Source of the DNA: Dictyostelium discoideum
Taxonomy: Eukaryota
Length of the DNA stretch: 64,000 nt
Assembly: GCA_000004695.1 (NCBI GenBank)
Contig: CM000150.2
Coordinates: 3,744,001 to 3,808,000, forward strand
Reading direction: 5' to 3'
Shown: piece after piece, positions 57,077-64,000 of the stretch
Layout of the letters: the number at the start of each line of letters is the position of its first letter
Numbering within the stretch: the stretch's first letter is position 1
Position numbers and translations under genes: made by a program
The notes under the pieces: generated by a model
Seen by the model: only the letters and a program-made list of their open reading frames with translations
Database searches by the model: none
Told to the model about the DNA's origin: nothing

Positions 57077-58204
57077 TGGAAAAAGAAAATTTGGAATTAG
57101 AAGAGCTTGAATTAAAAGAGAAATTAGATGAATCGATTAAAAGTAAAAATAGATTTTATTTTATTTTTTATTTTATTTATTTTATTTTATTTATTATTAA
57201 TAATATGTGTTTATTAATAATTTTACTTTTATTAAATTTTTAATAATTATTATTTTTTTTAAATTTTTTTTTTTTTTTTAGTTTGTAGAAGTAAAAGTGA
57301 AGAATTGGTTAATAATTTAAAATATTGTTTAGAAAGTAGAGATTTTGAAAAATTTAATGATTTTTTCGATCCAAAAGCAGTATTAAATCATTGTAATGAA
57401 GAGATAATTGGTAGAAATTTAATAAAGAATTCTATAAATGACCTTTATATTGATAAAGAATTAAAACTTTACAAAGTAAGAACATTGATTGATTCAAATC
57501 AAAGACATATTGCATGTGAATGGGTCACAAGAAGAAGAGATTTAAATAGTGATAACCAATATGACCAAGGTATGGCAAGTTGGTATTTAAAATTATCACC
57601 AAATGATTATACCGTTAAAACATGGTATATTTGGATTGACAGAGTTTTCGATGGTGATAAAGTCGCAAATTTACAAATACCAATACCAAAGGAATCAGGC
57701 TGGATACCATGTCCCATTCAGTATTATTCTCGTAAGGAGATGTCTGAATTCTTGCGTTTAAGAAGTCAATCGTTTGAAGAGGAGGATTTGGATTTGTGGG
57801 GATCATACATTCATGATGACATTGTTGTACGTCCACCTTGGAATGAACAGGTCAATAAGAATTGTTGTATCGAAGGTGCAAAAGAGTTCTTTAACAATTA
57901 TGATTCTCCATCCATATCGAAAATGGAGTTACTCTATGATGAAACTATTCCAAATTGGTGTGTTTACATTCAAATCTTTTCAAGTACAAATAAAAAAACT
58001 GGTAAAAAAGGTGAAGATATTGATTTTGTTTTCAATGAAATTATTGATGGTAAAGTTCGTTATTGGAGATCTTATTTCAATGCAAATTTTAATAAAATTT
58101 TTACTGAAAATAATTTTAACTTTTTCATTGAAACTTTATCAAAATGTTCAAAAAATCAAAAAAATTTAGAAAATCAAAAAAAATTAAATTCATCAAATAA
58201 TAAC

Positions 58205-58240
<36 letters not shown>

Positions 58241-58258
58241 GGTAGTGGTAAAGATTAA
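57077..58258 (+). CDS. hypothetical protein (possible NTF2/SnoaL-like fold); main exon about 57284..58258 with a probable short 5' exon near 57077..57142; junction unresolved
   Basis: The 317-aa ORF has no ATG at its 5' end (the track M is TTG). It is open back to an acceptor-like t17ag at 57280. Upstream ATG exon MEKENLELEELELKEKLDESIK then GTAAAA, but a canonical join is 1 nt out of phase. Confidence 0.4.
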
Positions 58259-58689
58259 AAAAAAAAAAAAGAAAAAGAAAAAAAGAAAAAACCTAATTGA
58301 TAATATATATATTAATTTAACTTTATATATACAAGTTTAAATATTTTAATTAGTAAAAATAAAATTTAATGAGAAATAAAATAAATAAATAAATAAAAAA
58401 AAAAAAAAATTTATTGATAAAAAGGCACAAAAATTTAATTATTTTAATTTCCTAATAATCCATTTCAAATGGTTTTTTATATATTTTTTATAATAATAAT
58501 AAATTATTTTAATTGAATAAAAGAAATAATTTTTATTTTTATTTTTAATTTGGGTGTTTATTTTGATTTTTGGATAAAACAAATATTTGTTTTCTCCAAA
58601 AAAAAAAAAAAAAAAAATTTTTTAACCCTTTTTTTTTATTTTTTTTTTTTTTTTTTTTATTTTTAAATTTCCCTCACCCAAATCATTTT

Positions 58690-58723
<34 letters not shown>

Positions 58724-58779
58724 CTTATTTGTTTTTTATTTATTTAAATAAAATCAAATATATATATATTATTTTTAAA

Positions 58780-59589
<810 letters not shown>

Positions 59590-59701
59590 AATTTTTCAAA
59601 GAATTTATAAAAATAAAAATAAAAATAAATTAAAATTTAATTATAAAAAAAATAAAAAAAAAATAAAAAAAAAAATAAAATTTTTGATCATGGTAATGTT
59701 C

Positions 59702-59732
<31 letters not shown>

Positions 59733-59771
59733 TAATTTTCCCACATTTTCAGTTAATAAAAAAAATAAATA

Positions 59772-60667
<896 letters not shown>

Positions 60668-61347
60668 ATATCTTCAAAATTATAAATTCAAATAAATTCA
60701 AATAAATTAATTAAATAAAATTAAATAAATATAAAAAAAAAAAAAAAAACTATAATTTCTTCAGATTTTTATTATAATTTCTAAATTTATTATATATATA
60801 TTAGATTGTTTACCTTTTTTTTTTTTTTTTTGTTTATTTAAATCAAAAATTTTATTTTTAGAATTTAATTATTTATCATTCATTTTTGTATATGTTTTTT
60901 ATTTTGAACAAAGAGAGGGAATATATTTTTTTTAAAAAAAGATTAAAAAAAAAAAAAAATATTGGTTGGCACCTCTGTTTTTTAAATTTTTATTAAAACT
61001 GATTAACCTGATAAAACTGTAATGACAGTACCTGTTAAACCTTTACCTGTTAACCTAAAAATAAAAATAAAAAATAATAATAAATATTAAAAATAGATTT
61101 TTTAAATTAAAAACACTTATTGGTGTTGCAATATAATTGTGTAAATACAATTATTGTAAAATATTTATATAATAATAATAATAATGTTTAGAAAAATTTA
61201 AAATTAGACTTTTATCACCCAAGTGGGAAAAATTCACATGGTGAGTTTTTAATGTCTTTTTCTTAAGATTTATTTTAATTATTTTATTATGTTATAATTT
61301 ATATATCAAATTGTTGTGGAAATGTTCAACATTTGTTGGGGCTTTAG

Positions 61348-61378
<31 letters not shown>

Positions 61379-61488
61379 ACTGGAAAAAGTTTAATCTAAT
61401 TAGTGAATATTTTTAAATCAGATTTATGAATTGTTTTAAAATCTTTTTTTTGTTTGATTTAAAAAATGAAAAAATTTTAAAGAACTGG

Positions 61489-61538
<50 letters not shown>

Positions 61539-62513
61539 GGAACACGTAGAATCAAATTTGGCAAAATCGAGTTTGTAGAGTATTTAATACAATAAGGATG
61601 TAAAGTTTATTTTACAATCTTTTGTCAAAAAAAAATAGTGCGAAATGAATAAAATATTACAAGAATTTAATGATAATAATTCAAACACATTAACATTTCT
61701 TAATAAAATTGTTTTGTTTTAAAAAAAAAAAAAAAAAATTAAAAATTAAAAAAAAAAAAAACAATGATAATAATGATAAAACTGTTAATGATATTTGAAC
61801 ATAAAAAAAAAAAAAAAACTAAAAATAAAACATATTTTTTTTAACCCCAAAATAAAAAGAAAATAAAAGATTTTTTTTTTTTTGGGAATTAAAGAAAAAG
61901 AAAAGAGTAGTGCACAACAAAATGTCAATAAACCGAGTGTTTCCTGAAAACAGAGAAAAATTCGATAATTTAAATTTTGGATTTTTTTTTTTTAAAATTT
62001 CTAAACCTTTTTTGATGATCACAATATTTTAAAAACATGATACTCGCTTTTAAAAAAAAAAATATGAAATCTTTTATTTGAAAAAAATAATTTATTCGTG
62101 CGAGTCAAAAAAAAAAACTAGGATTGGTTTACTACTTGGAGTGAGTGCATATTCGTGAACGAAAGGGGTTATCTCAGAAAAATAAAAATAAAAAAAAAAA
62201 AAAAAAAAAATTTCTCAACTGATTCAGATATTTTAAAAAAAAAAACTCAATCATTGATTGGCTATTTTAAATGATTGCGGGGTTTCGTTTGCAATTTTTT
62301 CAACGAATGAATGAGCTATGAGTTATTGCTGATATTTATCATTATTTTTTTTTTTTATATAATATTTAAATTTTATTTTTTATTTTAATTTTATTTATTT
62401 TTTATTTTTTTTTTTTATTTTTATTTTTTTTTTTTCCATATAAAATAAATTTTTTTTTTTTAAATTCTTCATATATATTTTTACAAACAAAAACTGTAAC
62501 ATTAAAAAAAAAA

Positions 62514-63971
62514 ATGAATAAAATTTTAATTTTATTTATTTGTGTATTATCATGTTTTATTAATAGTGCTCAATCATTAACTTTACCTCAATTAACAGCT
62601 CAAATTAATGGTAAAGTAATTTCACAATCTTCACCAGACTTTAACAATGCTCGTTTTGGTTACAACTATCGTTATAATAGAGTACCACAAATTATTGTTC
62701 AACCATTAGATACTGCATCAGTTGTTTTAGCTTTAGAATATGCTCAAACCAATAACCTCTTAGTATCAGTCAAATCAGGTGGTCATTCAGCCATTGCTGA
62801 AGGTGTTCAAGATCTTCGTGTTGTTATCGATGTTTCACAAATGAAACAAATTTCATACGACCCAGTTTCAAATATTATCACCACCCAAAGTGGTAATAAA
62901 TGGGTTGAAGTTTACAACTACACAATCAATCAACATCAAGTTGCCACACCAGGTGGTTCATGTCCATCCGTTTCAGTTGGTGGTTTAACATTAGGTGGTG
63001 GTGCCAATGATCTTTCAACCGTACACGGTCTTGCCACTGATAACGTTGTTGAATTAGAAGTTGTTCTTGCCAATCGTTCAGTTGTCATTGCTAACGAACA
63101 AACCAATGTTGATCTTTTCTGGGCTCTTCGTGGTGGTGGTCATGGTGGTTTTGGTATTGTTACCCTCTTCAAATTCAGAGCTCATCCAGTTCTCCCAACT
63201 TATTACAGCGCTTGGATTACCTATGCATGGTCTGATTTTGAAGATGTTTTAACCTATGTCAACACATTCTCTGAAACTATGCCAAACACTGTCAATCTTT
63301 ACTTCACCGCTTGGAGAAGTTCAAATGCCACAAATCCATCAGTTGCCCTCTCATGTTTCTTCAATGGTCCATCTCAACTCGGTGAAAGCCATTGTGGTTC
63401 ATTCAGAAACTTCTCTGGTTCTAAAAGAAACACCTATATCACTCCAGTCACCATCTCTGTAACAAACGCCTCATACTATGAAACCGTCAAAAATGGTACT
63501 GATCCAAAAGCAAGATCATCATACACTAGTGGTTCTTTCCTCACTGGTATCGATAAAAAAGTCATTAAAAATATTAAAACTCAATTGGAGAAATCACCAG
63601 TCACTCCATACACTTTCAACACTGCTAGATTAAATTTATACTGGCAAGGTGGTCAAATGCTCAACCAAGCTAGAGATTACAATGCTTACGTTCATCGTAC
63701 TTATCCATGGAATGCCGTTTGGTTAGTAAGTTATACTGGTGGTGAATTTGAAGAACCATACAGAAAATGGATTAAACAAACCTATCGTAAATTTGAATCA
63801 TTCTCTGAAGGTGTTTATCAAAATTATCCAGATGAAAATAATCTCGATAATTGGGCTGAAGCTTATTATATGGAAAATTATCCAAAATTACAAGTTGTTA
63901 AAGCTACTTATGATCCAAATAATTACTTTAGATTTGCTCAATCAATTGGTTCACCATCATTATCATCATAA
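62514..63971 (+). CDS. secreted FAD-linked oxidoreductase, berberine-bridge-enzyme-like (PCMH-type FAD-binding plus a C-terminal BBE domain)
   Basis: Signal peptide MNKILILFICVLSCFINSAQS. SGGHS flavinylation motif (VSVKSGGHSAIAEG). GGG...ALRGGGHGGFGIVT. C-terminal YPKLQVVKATYDPNNYFRFAQSI (BBE). GC-richer with preferred codons (ggt, ctc, acc). Stop at 63969-71. Confidence 0.8.
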   Translation: MNKILILFICVLSCFINSAQSLTLPQLTAQINGKVISQSSPDFNNARFGYNYRYNRVPQIIVQPLDTASVVLALEYAQTNNLLVSVKSGGHSAIAEGVQDLRVVIDVSQMKQISYDPVSNIITTQSGNKWVEVYNYTINQHQVATPGGSCPSVSVGGLTLGGGANDLSTVHGLATDNVVELEVVLANRSVVIANEQTNVDLFWALRGGGHGGFGIVTLFKFRAHPVLPTYYSAWITYAWSDFEDVLTYVNTFSETMPNTVNLYFTAWRSSNATNPSVALSCFFNGPSQLGESHCGSFRNFSGSKRNTYITPVTISVTNASYYETVKNGTDPKARSSYTSGSFLTGIDKKVIKNIKTQLEKSPVTPYTFNTARLNLYWQGGQMLNQARDYNAYVHRTYPWNAVWLVSYTGGEFEEPYRKWIKQTYRKFESFSEGVYQNYPDENNLDNWAEAYYMENYPKLQVVKATYDPNNYFRFAQSIGSPSLSS

Positions 63972-64000
63972 ATTTTTAAAAAAAATAATAAAATAAAAAT

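Overview
The window reads as Dictyostelium-type nuclear DNA. It is roughly 75-80% A+T with long homopolymer and trinucleotide tracts, poly-Asn/Gln/Thr coding runs, and short AT-rich GT..AG introns, often a tiny first exon. I can support about 25 protein-coding genes on both strands. These include a DAP/Orn decarboxylase-like gene (5' partial), a WD40 protein, an importin-7/8-like gene, ribosomal protein eL42 (RPL36A), fibrillarin, a family-III CoA-transferase, a bacterial-type Blc lipocalin, a HAD hydrolase, a YjeF_N/NAXE epimerase, a secreted BBE-like FAD oxidase, a TRIP4-type zinc-finger protein and an SH3 protein. The main structure is an interleaved paralogue cluster at 25-54 kb. It holds four tetraspanin genes and four SAM-domain Ser/Thr kinase genes, one of which is a pseudokinase and one of which is frameshifted. 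One minus-strand gene is an SK (KCNN)-like channel with a non-GYG pore. The gene-poor stretches (9-18.5 kb, 49-51 kb) hold a 39-bp perfect hairpin, a 53-bp perfect palindrome, several satellites, a tandem foldback element and a tandem array of GC-rich 50-nt cores followed by T-runs that may be small-RNA genes. They also hold three degenerate copies of an about 1-kb gene-like unit. I found no tRNA, rRNA or CRISPR features. All coordinates were derived by hand from the sequence, so exon junctions are given to the base only where the reading frame could be verified.
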